DNA from: Neovahlkampfia damariscottae
Lineage: Eukaryota
Assembly: GCA_016618085.1 (NCBI GenBank)
Contig: JABLTG010000163.1
Span: forward strand, 1 to 42,925
DNA length: 42,925 nucleotides
Reading direction: 5' to 3'
Made by a program: the position numbers and the translations under genes
In this document: positions 11,947 to 25,385 of the stretch, in pieces
Layout: every line of letters begins with the position of its first letter
Numbering within the stretch: the first letter of the stretch is position 1
Notes under the pieces: model-generated
What the model was told of the DNA's origin: nothing
The model's database searches: none
Seen by the model: the letters and a program-made list of their open reading frames with translations, nothing else

Positions 11947-13479
11947 ATGAAGAAATTTTTAACATTTTCAATGAAGAGGTATTATTCAAATGGAGCAACT
12001 AAAGAAGGAACCATCAATTTTTTTAATAAGTTCAATCATATTGAATTCAAAGGTTTATCCAACAAAGTGAATTGGAATATTTCACCTATTGGATATTCTG
12101 GATATTCATTAAATTTATCAGAACCTGAACATCAGTTTTCACTTCAATATGCTATTCAAGGAGGATGTAATATAATCGATACTAGTCCAAATTATAGTGG
12201 TAATCACTATTTTAATCAATTAACCAACAATATTTAGATGGTGAATCTGAACATTTAATTGGAATTGTAGTCAATGGAATGATAAAAGATGAGATTATAA
12301 AACGAAATGAAGTTATAATTTCAACCAAAGTTGGATTTTATAATTCTAATGAAGGAGAAGAAGATGAAATTATTAAAAAATATAAAATGAAACAAATATC
12401 ATCAAATACATATCATAGTTTATCATTGGAATATATTTCTTATAGTATTAAAGAATCATTAAAAAGATTAAATGTTTCATGTATTGATATTCTATTTTTA
12501 CAATTGAACGAAGAAAATGATGAAAATTTGAATGAAATATTTAATTTTTTAGAAAATGAAATAAAAAATGAAAGAATACAATATTATGGTATTTCATTCA
12601 ATAAATATAATTATTCAAAAATATCAAAAATAATTTCAAATGTTCAAAAAGATCATTTCAAATTTTTACAACTACCATTTAATTTAATAGAAAATGAAAG
12701 TTTAAATGATTTAGAAAAATTTAAAGAAAAAGGATTCAATATATTAACTAATAGACCATTTTATTCTTCAAATGAAACAATACCAATATTAAAATTAAAT
12801 TTAGATGAAGAATTTAATGAAAATAATTTGAATGAAGAAAATGAAAATTTTAATGAATTTTTAGAAGAATTTAAAAAAGTAACAAAAGAAGCTTTAGAAG
12901 TTGAATTAAATTTTGATCAATTTTCAAAGAATTATTCAACCAATGAATTACCATTGACTTCTAATTTTCAATGGATTCAAATTTTGAATTCAAATTTGAA
13001 TAAAATTAAAAATATATCAATGTTTAAGAATATACTTGAGTTTGAAGTTCATCCAAAATTAAATGATACGTATTATAAATTATGTGATTTAAAAGACGAA
13101 AAATTTTTATCTTGGTTTTCAACCTATAGATTTGTAAGATTGTTTGATTTTAAAAATATAGTATTTAAATCAATATTTTAGTGTTTTAATGAAATTATTT
13201 GAAAAGAAACATTTAATTGAAATGATTGAATTAAATTTAAAATTAAATAAAAGTAATAAAAAATTTGAAGAAATAAAAGGTGGATTAACCAATAAATTAA
13301 TACATTATTATACTTCAATAAAAGAAATTGATACCATTTTGATTGGTATGAATAAAAAGAAATATGTGAAAGATATTATTTTAAATTTAAAAAATGATAA
13401 ATTAAGTAATAATGAAATTAAAAATATATCAAAAGATTTTTATCAAGAAATTAAATTTATTAATCAATTTAAGGAATAA
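11947..13479 (+). CDS. Aldo/keto reductase family protein, probably with a mitochondrial presequence
   Basis: IIDTSPNY..G.SE, VIISTKVG, SLKRLNVSCIDILFL and QLPFNLIE. 2 introns. Confidence 0.85.
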
Positions 13480-14662
13480 AATGATATTCTTTTAAAAATA
13501 AATTAGAAATATCATTTAATTTTAATTCTTTTTTTTCTAAAAATGAAAATTTAAATGAAAAATTAGATAAAATAATATCACCTAAAAGTTTAAATTAAAA
13601 ATATATTATTTCAAACTCTCTTCATATAAATTATCAAAGTATGAATGTTTTAATGCATTTAAACATGTAATTCTATCTCTTGGATTAATTTCTAATAATT
13701 TTGATAATAAATCTAATTCTTGTGAATTTTGAAATTCTTTAGGGAATAATTTTTGAAATTCATCTTCATTTTTCTTTTTTAAAAAAAATAAATCTTCTGA
13801 TATTATTTTATGAGGTTTATTTTCATCATAACAATCAATATTTAATGTATCAACAATACAACATAATTGATCCATATAATCTTTACCAGGAAATAAAGGT
13901 TTACCATTAATTAATTCAGCTAAATATTAAAAAATATTATTATTTTAAATTACCAAATATACAACCTAAATATTATTTTAAATTAAAAATTTACCAATTG
14001 ACCAAATATCAATTGAATATGAATAATTAGTATACATTAATATTAATTCAGGTGCTCTATACCATCTAGTTACAACATAATCTGTTAATTCTTCATTTGA
14101 AATATTTCTTGCTAATCCAAGATCACATATTTTTAAATCACAATTTCTATTAACTAAAATATTACTTGGTTTTAGATCTCGATGAATAATTTCACATGAA
14201 TGTAAATAAGATAATCCCAATAATATTTGATACATAAAATATTGAATATGATCTCTTCCAAGTTTTTGACCACTATTAATTATTTTACACAAATCACTTT
14301 CCATTAAATCTACAAAAAGTAAAAAGTTGAAAAATATTTACCTGTAACAAGGTATATAGTCTGAAAATCTTTTTTTAATTTCATCATTTTTTTCAAAGAA
14401 ATAATATTTGGGTGAGAAATAGTTCTCAATATTTGAACTTCTCTCAATATTCTGATAGATTCATGTTTATTTCGAAATACTCTAGGAATTTGTTTAATAG
14501 CTACTTTCTCTTTAGTTTCTAAATCTTCTGCTGAGACTACAATTCCATAAGAACCACTTCCTTTCATTAGTTTAGAAAATGTTATTATTTACCTAATGGT
14601 TTCAAAATTTGATAATTTGATTCAACTTCAAATAATATACCTTCAACTAAAAACTTTTTCAT
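13469..14662 (-). CDS. MAP kinase with TDY activation loop
   Basis: [24 protein letters not shown] and [13 protein letters not shown]. 5 introns, including a 12-nt microexon encoding GCIF. Confidence 0.93.
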
Positions 14663-14770
14663 TCTTTTTTAAGAAATCAGTTAATTCAGTTGATTTAAAA
14701 CATTCAGTTTAAAAAAAATCGTTAAGTATTTGATTGGTTGTTTATTGTCAACCAATCATTTCTTTTTTTA

Positions 14771-16714
14771 ATGAAGGAAAGTGTTGAAGAAAAAGAAAGG
14801 GAATATTTATTACCAACTAGTTACTATGAAGCATTAAATGAGATTTATAAATCTGATAATGGTACATTCAAAATGCCAACCGATTATAGTGAATGTCCAA
14901 TTTCTGAATATATAGCAGCAGAAGATTTAACTTTAAAAGAAAAAGTATTTCCAAATTCAAAAAATATACCAAAAATAATATTATATTTAGAGAAAGCACA
15001 AAAATATGGACAAGAATTATTAGGTAAAATATTATTATTTATAAACCACCTTTTTTTTTGTAATAGATGATGAAGATATGTTAAAAGATTATTTAGAATA
15101 TATTGGTATTGAAGAATATAATTTAAATATTTGGAAAACTTTTATTGAAATTGTAATTAATGTATATATATTCATTAACTCTTTTAGTTAATAATTGATT
15201 CAATATTTCAACAATCAAAATTACAATTAGAAAAAGAAGAATATTTAGCAGGATTATGGAATTTAAGATTAGCATGGAAATCATATGATAATTTAATTGA
15301 TAGAGAAATTGATTTAAATGGGAAATATAAAAAATTAAATATTGAATTAATTCAAAATTTAAAATATTCTATTGGATTATTTTATTATCAAATTTCAATT
15401 TTACCAAAAAGTCATAAATTATTAAATATTATATCTTATTTAAGTGGATTTGAATATGATTATAATTTAGGATTAAAATATATGTTTGATGTTTTTAATT
15501 CATCTTCATGTTCAATGAAAAAGAATCAATGTGGTTTATTTTTATTAGAAGTTTATTTAGAAAAACCAAATGGATTAAAATCAGATAAAAAATTATTAGA
15601 AGAAATTAAAAATATAATGGAATATTTCTTAAAATATTTTAAAGATAATTCATTGGTCAAATATTATTATTCAATTTATTTAAAAAAGAATGGTAAATTT
15701 GAAAAATCAAAACAAATTTTAATTAATTTAATTAATTATATTGAATTTGATTTAAAATTAAAAGTACCTCCAAAATGGATTTGGTCATTAGCTAATATTT
15801 TAATTTCATTGGGTGAATGGAAATTAGCTATAAAAGAATTAGAAAAATTAAATTCATATTCATTCTTTTCAACTATTCAATTAGTAAATGCATGTCAAAT
15901 ATTAGGTGATAGAAAAACAGCAATAAAAGTATTAACAAATTTTAAATCAAAAAAGAAATCAGGAAGATATTCTAATATAATTTTAGAATCATTAGAATCA
16001 TTAGAATCAAAACAATTCTCAATTCATTTATATACTGTAAATTTAGAAGTTTTATATTTTAGAAATATTTTAAATTTTTTATCTTCAAAAAAATTAGAAT
16101 TAATTAAAAAACAATTAGACCAATTAGAACAAAATGATATTTTAAATATTGATCAAAATGAAAAAAAAAAGAAAAAAAAATATACAAATGTTTCAATATT
16201 AACACTTCAAGGAATTATTTTAAAATTATTATTAAAACATTCAGAATCAAAAATATTATTTAAAAGAGTAATTGATATTTACAAATCAAATAAAAAAGAT
16301 TTATCAAATGATATTCATTGGATTGTTATTTCATATTGTGAATTAGGTGATATTTTATTTTATCAAAAAAAATATAAAGAATCAAAAGAAATGTTTGAAA
16401 TGGCTAATTCATTTTCAATATATGATTGGGAAGAAAATGGTTTCGTCTTTATTAGAATTAAATCTTCTTTAATTAAATTAAATGATTTTAATGATGAAAA
16501 AGAACCAGAAATTGTAAATCCTCAACAAATTAGAGGTGTAAAGAAATTATCATTATTAAATTTAAATTTTATGAAATTTGGTGATGATGATCACTTTGAA
16601 AGTCAAATTGATCAAAATTTAAATGATGATCAAGTGGAAATTGAAAAAACAAATTCAGATTCAGATTCAAATTCAAACCCAAACCCAAACTCAAACTCAA
16701 ATGATGAAAATTAA
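14771..16714 (+). CDS. TPR-like helical repeat protein (TTC39/Iml2-like)
   Basis: Helical repeats, GLWNLRLAWKSY and SYCELG...YDWE motifs. 2 introns. Confidence 0.55.
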
Positions 16715-16733
16715 AAAAAGAAGAAAAATAAAT

Positions 16734-18128
16734 TTATTCTTGTTCATTTATGTTAAAATTTGATAAAATGATTGAATTTCTTTTTTGTGATATTTGTTCC
16801 ATCAAAAGATTCAACCATTCATCTTTCATTTCCGAATTTGGAAATACTAATTTTAAAGGTTGACAAGTTGAATTATAAATCTCAATTCCATTTTCAAATG
16901 ATTTTAAATCTTCAATTCTAATTACATCATTTGAAGAATAAGGTGCCAAAGGTATCTGAAATATTTTTGTACCAATAGTTTGTTTCAATGAAACACAAAT
17001 GAATAAATCTGTAAATAAATATAAAGAAACAACTGAAATAGTTCCACCTGTTTTATCTCTTATTCTTAAAACACCTTCTCTATCATCATGTTTTACAAAA
17101 CTTCTTGAAGGTAAAACTAAATCTTTAATTCCTAATGTCATTGATATTTCATTCATTTTTTGTAAATTTTCAATTTCTTTTTGTTTTGAATTACAATACA
17201 TTGTAACTTCTTTTATTGATTTTGTTGCATCTTCTAATTTTTTATATAATTCTTCTTCTTGTTTTGGAAAATGTTTTAATAAATCTTCGCATAATAATCG
17301 ATATCTATTGGTTGAGAATTAAAATAATCAATACCTTGGTAATCTTTGAATTGGACATATCATATAACTACTTAAATCAATTATTCTTTCTTTTTTTTCT
17401 TTTAATTCTTGTTCTGTAAATTTTAAAAATTCAAAATATTTTTTATTTTTTTGTTTCATTTTATTTAAATGAAGTAATGAATTTGAATAATTTGAAATAT
17501 ATCCAATATATAATTTAAAAGATGCACTAAATGTTTTTAATAAATTTGCAAATTCCATTTCTAAATTAGTTTCATCTTGTAAACATTGTTCTAAATCTTT
17601 TAAGAACATTGAATTTACACCATGTACAATTTCAATATTACCAAATATTATTTTTACATCTTCTTGATTTAAATATTCATAGGATGGTATTACATAATAA
17701 TCAATCATTATTTTTAAATTATTAACATATCTTATTAAAAGTTTTTAAAAAAATATTGAAATTAAAAACGTCATTTCTGTTTCTAAAAATTCAGCAATAG
17801 TTTGATCTTTTTGACTCATTTTATTTGTTTCTTCATTTAATTCTCCTTTAAAATTATTTTTAGTTTTTAATCTTTTTAATAATCCTTGTTTAACAACTTC
17901 TTTTCTACTTGTAATATCTAATCCAAGTGAAACACTTCCAATTGGTCTTGTTTTCATCCCTCCTCTTGGTGATTTAAAATCTCCTGTTTTTCCATTTTTA
18001 TTATTTCCAACATTTATACCACCTCCTCTAGGTGACTTTATATTAATTTTTTCATCATTCAATAAAAGACTCTTTTTTTCATCATTTTCACTTTCATGAC
18101 TTATACATAATGAACAACAAATGCCCAT
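16734..18128 (-). CDS. DH-PH RhoGEF with N-terminal MGICC acylation motif
   Basis: EFLETEMT, IFGNIE, FKLYIGYISNY and PIQRLPRY, then PH domain YLFTDLF...KDEW. 2 introns. Confidence 0.9.
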
Positions 18129-18364
18129 GAAAAATTAGTGTTCTCTTTTCTCGATTTTTGAAAAAAGAAAAGAAAATGATTGGATCTTTATTTTGGAAGG
18201 TTTTTCAAATCAAAAGAAACATTTTTTATTTATATTCAATTATATATGTGTAATTTTATTTTACATTTTCATTATATCTAAAGTTTAGAGAAATATTTTC
18301 AGTTTACAATTTCATTCATAAATAACTCATTTTTTTGTTTGAACTTATTGAGGTTTACATCGTA

Positions 18365-18387
18365 TCCTCTGGAATATATCCAGAGGA
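18365..18387 (-). promoter_or_regulatory. Perfect 9-bp stem-loop 7 nt downstream of the Sec UGA (SRE-like)
   Basis: tcctctgga-tatat-tccagagga on the mRNA strand. Confidence 0.5.
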
Positions 18388-18388
18388 A

Positions 18389-18711
18389 TTAAGATCATCC
18401 TGAAGGACCACATCCAGAACTAGGATTGAATGTATCTTGATGATTCATGGAATTAATTTTTCTTCCTGTGCTTTTGAAGCCACTATTTTTTTGTCCACCT
18501 TTAGAAGTTGAACCATTAGGATTTGGCTAAGAATAGTTTATTAAACAACAATTATTTCTTACCACCAATGTTGTGAAACTACATGAAGTTAAAAGAAAAG
18601 TGATTTAAGTTACAATAATTGTACAATTTCGACAAAAGACCAAAAATATATAACAATTGAAGCAAAGAAACCAGGCTGTTGTCCTAATTTTCCTCCACTG
18701 ATGTATGCCAT
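18389..18711 (-). CDS. SELENOK: Selenoprotein K (83 aa, penultimate Sec)
   Basis: Three exons give MAYISGGKL...FWSFVEIVQLFFTTLV, then a G/K/S-rich tail ending GCGPSG-TGA-TCT-TAA. UGA at 18395-18397. Confidence 0.85.
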
Positions 18712-18891
18712 GATTTACACGTGTTTTTGAATTTTTTTGACCAATGAAAAGATTATAATTTTCAGAAAATTACCACTTAACAGAAAAACACTTTAAATGA
18801 CCTTTTAAAATTCATTTGTAGGTCGGGTTTTTCTCTGTATTTTTACTTGTCTACATTTCCCACCAATAATAATACTTCCCACTCAAAAAAA

Positions 18892-19667
18892 ATGAAAACA
18901 GAAAGCACAACTATCTCTTCAGCTGACGAAATAAAAATCAACGACACTCTTGTTGAGTATGGTGTCAATGTAGATACTGTTGGAAAAGAAGAAGGAAAGA
19001 GGTTATTTGACGAAATATTAGAAATTTCTCAAACAACAACAACTTCTTTGAATGAAAGTTTTGAAAAACTTTTTGAGTAACTACCAAACAATAACTAAAC
19101 TAAGTTAGAAATGAAAATAAAGAGAAATTCCAATTCAATCTTTCACCAATAAAAGAAAATGAAAAAAAAACGAAACTAGAACATTTGAGGAAACAAAGAA
19201 AACAAAGAAACGAAAAAATAAAAGAACGAAATTCAATGTTCAGTCCTGTAAAACAAAAACTGAAAAAACAAGAACCAGAAAAAGAAAACGTTGAAAATTT
19301 GCTTGAAGAAAAATTATTTAAATATGAAAAAGAAGAAGAACTAAAAGAATTTAAATTTAACATTTCTCCTTTGAAATCTGTTAATTTGAAACCTGAATCT
19401 CCAAAGTCAGCAAGAAAAAATAAAATGAAAAATTTAAATAATTCAACATTGACAACCAATTTATTGAATTCAGATAAAAAGAAAAAACAAATATCAACAT
19501 CAAGAATGAAACTACCAACTTCAATGAATAAAATGAAAGAAAAAAGTCGAATTCCAATAAAAAAAGAATCAAATTTAAAAACATTACATGGAAAAGAGAG
19601 ATTAAACTTAAAAAGTACTGCTTTACCATTTGAAACAAAATGGAAGAAATATTTACAAAATAAATAA
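18892..19667 (+). CDS. Lys-rich hypothetical protein with repeated FxxSP sites
   Basis: Two ORFs joined by an intron near 19077-19104. FNLSP, MFSP and FNISP motifs. Confidence 0.6.
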
Positions 19668-19775
19668 ATTTAGAAGATTCTAATATTTCAACCAATTAAA
19701 TCAAAGATAATTGTTTGTGATTATCGACAAGAGAGGTTAACAGTTCAATTCTCTTAAATCATCAAGTACTTAAAC

Positions 19776-20648
19776 ATGATTACATCAACAATATTTAATG
19801 AAACCTTAAGTTGTTTTAGTGAAGTGTATTCATTTCATAAAAGAATGACAAATATATTTTCATTCACTACATTATTTTTATTTAACATTTTATTCGTATT
19901 TTTACCATTATTAATATCAATATATCAAACTTTTAAAAATAAGAATCAAACTAGAATTTTTATAATTATTACACAATTTTTAACACAACTAACTATTCAT
20001 ATTTTAGTTTTATTTTTATTTTTTGGATTTATTTTAAATGATAAAATAACATGTAGTAATATATATTTTTCAATACATCGATTATTATTTTCAATTATAT
20101 TTTTATTATTTTTTACATCCTTTACATTTATTTTAAAATATTTTTTTAATTTATTTTTAATTGAACAATTAATTCATGTATTTAATTTAATATTTTTAAT
20201 TTTAAATTTAATTTTATATTTAACAATAATATCATTAATAATTTTAATTTTTATATTTAATCAAAATCAATTTTTATTTATTTTAATTTCTCAAATATTA
20301 GGTTTATTTGTTGGTATTTTCTCTTTTATTTTAGTTTTAGGTTTTATAATATCTTGGTGTTTAATGAGAAAGAAATTATATGAATCCATTTTTTTATCAG
20401 AAAAATCAACAAATTCAACTTATAAAAAATTATCATTCGTTTCATTTTCTGTTGGTTTTGGTTTTTTATTAATTTCTTTTATTTTATTTTTATATTATTT
20501 TTTAAATGATATTATTAGATTATATTTAAATATTATTTTATACATTTTATATGTTTTAATATCTTTTTCAATTAATTTTTTAATTATTGATTATTCAAAA
20601 ATGTCAATTTGTATTTTTAAATCAACAAGAAGAAATCAATATGAATGA
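19776..20648 (+). CDS. Polytopic (about 7 TM) membrane protein, GPCR-like topology
   Basis: 290 aa, intronless, about seven long hydrophobic segments with short basic loops. Confidence 0.6.
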   Translation: MITSTIFNETLSCFSEVYSFHKRMTNIFSFTTLFLFNILFVFLPLLISIYQTFKNKNQTRIFIIITQFLTQLTIHILVLFLFFGFILNDKITCSNIYFSIHRLLFSIIFLLFFTSFTFILKYFFNLFLIEQLIHVFNLIFLILNLILYLTIISLIILIFIFNQNQFLFILISQILGLFVGIFSFILVLGFIISWCLMRKKLYESIFLSEKSTNSTYKKLSFVSFSVGFGFLLISFILFLYYFLNDIIRLYLNIILYILYVLISFSINFLIIDYSKMSICIFKSTRRNQYE

Positions 20649-20868
20649 TAATAGGTTATTGGATAATTGGTAATTTGGTTTTGGATATATTGAATGTTTG
20701 GTTTGGGATATTGGTATTGGGTATTGAGTTTGGATGAAATATTGAATCTAAAACATTAAATCTCAAATGAAAGTGTATTAAAATTTTTTTTTTTTTTTTA
20801 TTTTTTCATTACTTTCTTCTGATTGGATCAAACTTTTTAACAGAAGAAAAAACTAAAAATCAACAAAT

Positions 20869-21500
20869 ATGTCATCTGATGAAGAATGGACACCAACTGT
20901 ACCAAAACAACAAGAAACAAAAAAAGAAACAAAAAAATATGTTGATAGTGATGATGAATGGACACCAAATGTACCAAAATCAAAAAAAGTGCAAAAAGAC
21001 GAAGAAATTGAAGAAGAAGAGGATGAACAAAATGTTAAAATACCAAAAGGAAAGAAATGGAGTGATAGTGAAGAAGAAGAATGGGTGCCATATGTCCCAA
21101 CAGAACCTTTGAAAAAAGAAATTGAATTAGACGACCCAGGTGAATTGAAACTCTATTTTACATCTTTAAATGTTAATCCTGATTATTATTATAAATCAAG
21201 AGATATTAGAATTATTTTAGAACAATTTGGTTTGAGATATACAAAAATTGATTTAAGGTTTCTTGATGATTTTAGAGAAGAAATGGAATCAATTAGCAAA
21301 AAAAAAGAACTTCCACAACTCTTTATCGATGAAAATTTTTTAGGAGTAAGAAAAAAAAAAAGAAAATATTTAAACTATTTTTCAAGACATTTGAAGATGT
21401 AATGTATTGGGTGGAAAACGAAGAATTTGATGATATATTAAAAAAACAAGGATTTAAAGATCCTGAATATTTTAATGATGGAATAGAAGAAAATGAATAA
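20869..21500 (+). CDS. Glutaredoxin/SH3BGR-like domain protein with an acidic repetitive N-terminus
   Basis: LKLYFTS...ELPQLFIDENFLG|TFEDV. One intron. No CxxC. Confidence 0.75.
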
Positions 21501-21502
21501 AA

Positions 21503-22957
21503 TTATTCAATCTTTTCATCTGAATTATTTTTAATCAAACCCAAACCCAAACCCAAACCCATATTCATATTCATACTCCTATCCATACCTAAACTTATTT
21601 GTTCATCTTTTACATTTAAATATTCCATTTGAAATAAATTCCAAATTGATCTTCTAAATATTTCAATTATACCTGCAAAAATATCAATCCAAAATGTAAT
21701 ATGTAATTTTGATGAAAAATAAAAATGAAGATAAAATAAAATGATCCAAGTACATCTCATTATAAAATTAGAAATCATTATTAAATAATACTAAGGATAA
21801 AAATATAAATAAATATAAATTTACATAATATTTTGGAAATGATAAATAATCTCTTAATAAATAATGTTTTGAATTTATATTTAATAATCCCCAATCCTTC
21901 AAGAAATATATTAATTGATTGAAATCGATTACAAATTTAAAATCCCAATATATTCTAAATAGAGTAGAAATGATGGATGTTAAAATCCAAATATATCTAA
22001 ATGAATCCCATTCATTTGAAGTTGAAGATGAACTAACAATTTTAGCATCTAAATAAGATAATGTCATTGATAATGCAGTTAATATATATTTTAAAAAATT
22101 AAGTAAAGATTTAAAATTATTTCTATTTTCATAATATTGTCTAATACATTGATTCATTCTAAATATTAATGGTAACATACCTAAAAATGGTATACCACTT
22201 AAAATATAATTCTTACAAAACTTTGAATCTATAAAAAAAATAAGACGAGAAAGAGAGGAATTACAAGTTGAATTAGGTGAAGATGGAAATAAACAAATAG
22301 AGAATTGTAATTGATATAAGAATTCATTCATACTTGTAATTTGATCACATATCCATGTATCTTTAAATCTAATTGGATGAAATGGTGATGATATTCTATT
22401 TTTAATTATTAATCTTCTTACATATTAATTAAAATATCAATAAACCAAAATCTAGTGGTAAAAAAGAATATTTTAAATGGTAGAAATAACCAAATAGCAC
22501 ATGATAAATATAATATAAATGGTATTATCCATGCTATTTCTTTAAATTCAAAAAAATAAATTTCTTTTTTTTCTCCAATAAATAAAACTAAATAATGAAT
22601 TTATTATATCATAATTACCTAAATATAAAAATAAACTTGAAATCCAAATTCCAAATAATCCAATACCGATCTTAATTTTAGACTAAAAAGATGATTTACT
22701 TTTTCAAATTCATCAATAATTACTTCATCAATTTGAAAATATTTTTCAAATTTCCAATTCATTCTTTTCCATATTTTTATATTATATAACATTAAAATAA
22801 TTAATAAAATTGGAAAAAATAATCCTTTAAATAAAACATTTGAAACATAATCATTTGTATCTGTAGTTCTTAATAATTTCTCATACACTGTAGTATACAA
22901 GTATATAGTTATGGATGTTAATAATATTAATAAAATGAATAATAGTTTTTGAATCAT
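21503..22957 (-). CDS. EXS-domain protein (ERD1/XPR1/PHO1 family, no SPX domain seen)
   Basis: WICDQITS, PLIFRMNQCIRQY, YWDFK.DWGLL and EIFRRSIWNLFQMEY. Confidence 0.88.
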
Positions 22958-23054
22958 TTACTCCTCCAATTACTTATGTACTACAACTTTGAAAAAAAAA
23001 AAAGAAATTAAATTGGTCAAATTTAATTGGACAATTCTACTTTTTATTTATAAA

Positions 23055-23516
23055 ATGGGAAATTCAAAAGGTTTAGAGGCAATAAAAAAATTAAATGGTA
23101 TGGAAATTACTAATGAAGACATGGAGAATATTTTTAATACTTATGATAAAAATAAAGATGGTCTTCTTCAAAGAGAAGAAGCTTCAAATTTTTTAAAAGA
23201 AGTGTTGACTTTTTATTCAAAGAAAGCAAAAGAAGAATTTAAAAAAGTAAAGGAGGAACAAGGTGGTATTGTAAGTTATTTATTTATTTGAACTATATTT
23301 AGGTAACTTTGGAAGACGAACAAAAGTTTAATGATGCATGTGACGTTGAAAAGAATATTAAAGAATATCAAGTTTCAATGTTTAAATTAATTGTAATTAA
23401 ATAATGATTTCACTCCCTTTTTTTTTTGATAGGATACTGATTCAAATGGAACAATAGATAAAGAAGAATTTAAAAAATGGTTTAAAACTTATTCAAAAGA
23501 AAAACTTGGTCTTTAA
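23055..23516 (+). CDS. Small two-EF-hand protein, likely N-myristoylated (copy A)
   Basis: MGNSKG, DKNKDGLLQREE and DTDSNGTIDKEE. 2 introns. Confidence 0.85.
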
Positions 23517-23618
23517 AATTAAATTTTTATTCTTTATTTAACATAAGGTATTTTATTGAACCAATCAAAATAAAAACCAACGGTTTCTTTTTTGGAGAAA
23601 AAAGAAAGAATTGAAGTG

Positions 23619-24066
23619 ATGGGTAACGCTAAAACTAAAGAAATATTAACTAAATTCTTTGAATTTAACATGATTGGTGAGGAAGATATCAATGTATTAT
23701 TTGATACTTATGATAAAAACAAAAATGGTGTTTTAGGTGAGAACTTTCATTATTTTTACAAATAAATGTTGTTCAGAATGGGATGAAGCTGAGAAATTCC
23801 TTACAGATATGATGACATTGGCTATTAAAAGAACTAGAGCAGAAATTGATAAGAAGAAGAAAAAAGGAACAGCAACTGATGTGGAAGACCAACAATTATC
23901 ATGGTAATGAAATGTTTTGTAAAAATAAATAAAAAAAAATAGGGCGGAAGATAGAGAAAAGAATTTACCACAATTTGTAAAAGATTGTTTTGTGGCTTTG
24001 GATGTTGACTGTAATGGTACTATTGACAGAAAAGAATTTGCTGCTTACTTTGTGAAAGAAGAATAA
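23619..24066 (+). CDS. Small two-EF-hand protein, likely N-myristoylated (copy B, not in ORF track)
   Basis: MGNAKT, DKNKNGVLEWDE and DVDCNGTIDRKE. 2 introns. Confidence 0.85.
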
Positions 24067-24075
24067 ATATTTATT

Positions 24076-25253
24076 TTAAATCAAAACATTATGGAATGAA
24101 AATACAGAAATGAAAGGTAGAATAAAATATCTTGTCATAATATAAAATAATGTACCCAAAAAAATAGAAAATGGTAATGCAGGTAATGCTTTGTTTGTCA
24201 ATCCTAAAATGAATAATGTGAGACATAATCCCTTTTGATTAATGAGTGAAGAATATTACTGTCAAGATACAAATGAAACAAGTTGTGGCTGTAGTAAAAT
24301 CATACATTGAAGCTCTACCAACTAAAACTGAATAAAAAACAAAATCACCAAGTCCTAACTTGAATGACTTTGCTTCATAAATTAAACCTGGTATAGTTTC
24401 ATTTCTTTCTTGAGCTGTTTCAACCAAAATTTTGAGAGGTCCACGAGGAAATAAAACAGCAAATATATCATATAATGCAACTGTTATTAATAATATCCAA
24501 GTTGTCCATTCTGGTAGTCTTGTCATCCACCATGCTGAATATTATTGTTTTTTTAAAGTTTACCTGTAATTACTGATACGCATATTAAATATCCTTGAGT
24601 AAACATTTTTGGTGCTCTCCAGAATATTGAAAGTAAACCTACAATTGTAAAATTATAAATAAAAATGAAAAATGTAAAATAATCAATTTTGATAGTGTAA
24701 GCTTTCAAGAAAAAGTCTAACCATATTCCTCCAAGTAAACTGAATAATAATGAAGTACTCATCATCAACCATCCATATATTATCTATTTAATAAAATATG
24801 ATCACTTTAATTTAGTTTACCTTCATGTATTTGTATTTATAAAGAATAACCAAAATAAAAGTGACTACAATTATTGCAATCACAAAAAAAGCAGAATTTA
24901 AGATGGCTATCAAAACAGTTATCCAAAGTGTTTCTTTTGATGTATTATTTACAAACGAGTTGCTGATCTTCTTTAAATATTTTGTTTTGTTTGTACCTTG
25001 ATTGATAAATTGGTGTGTTCTCTAGGACAGGTGATAATTTTTGAACCGCCCATATTACAATAAACATTGCTAAAATCACTGGAATCATCACTGAAATGAT
25101 ATTTTCGCTATACAATTTTGGTTCGTTCAAAATTTCGTCTCTTTCATTATCAGTTGCTTTTTTATCTTCATATACAGGTTTTTCAAATTTCGTTTCAGCA
25201 CTTTCCAGTAATTTTATTTCTTCTTCCTCGATTTCAACAATTTCTTCTTCCAT
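24076..25253 (-). CDS. PSEN: Presenilin (gamma-secretase catalytic subunit)
   Basis: LPEWTTW, ALYDIFAVL.PRGPL, KLGLGDFVFYS and ALPALP. Confidence 0.95.
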
Positions 25254-25385
25254 TAAACAGATTTCATTGGATAAAAAAAACCTACGGTTGACAAAGACGA
25301 GTTAAAAAAAAAATATTGATGAGTTTTAATTTTAAAACAAAAGGTATTTTTAGAGTTTTCTATCCAATCAAAATTGAACTTCTCA

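Noticed and set aside
20650..20745. TTGG-rich degenerate repeat after a TGA-TAA-TAG triple stop
   Set aside because: No fixed period and no ORF with a supportable start. May be a gene remnant or a CCAAT cluster, but nothing is assignable.
21537..21560. (AAACCC)4 telomere-like repeat; similar hexamers at 16655-16700
   Set aside because: Only 2-4 units, in frame within low-complexity protein tails (GLGLGL, NPNSNS). Best explained as coding microsatellites.
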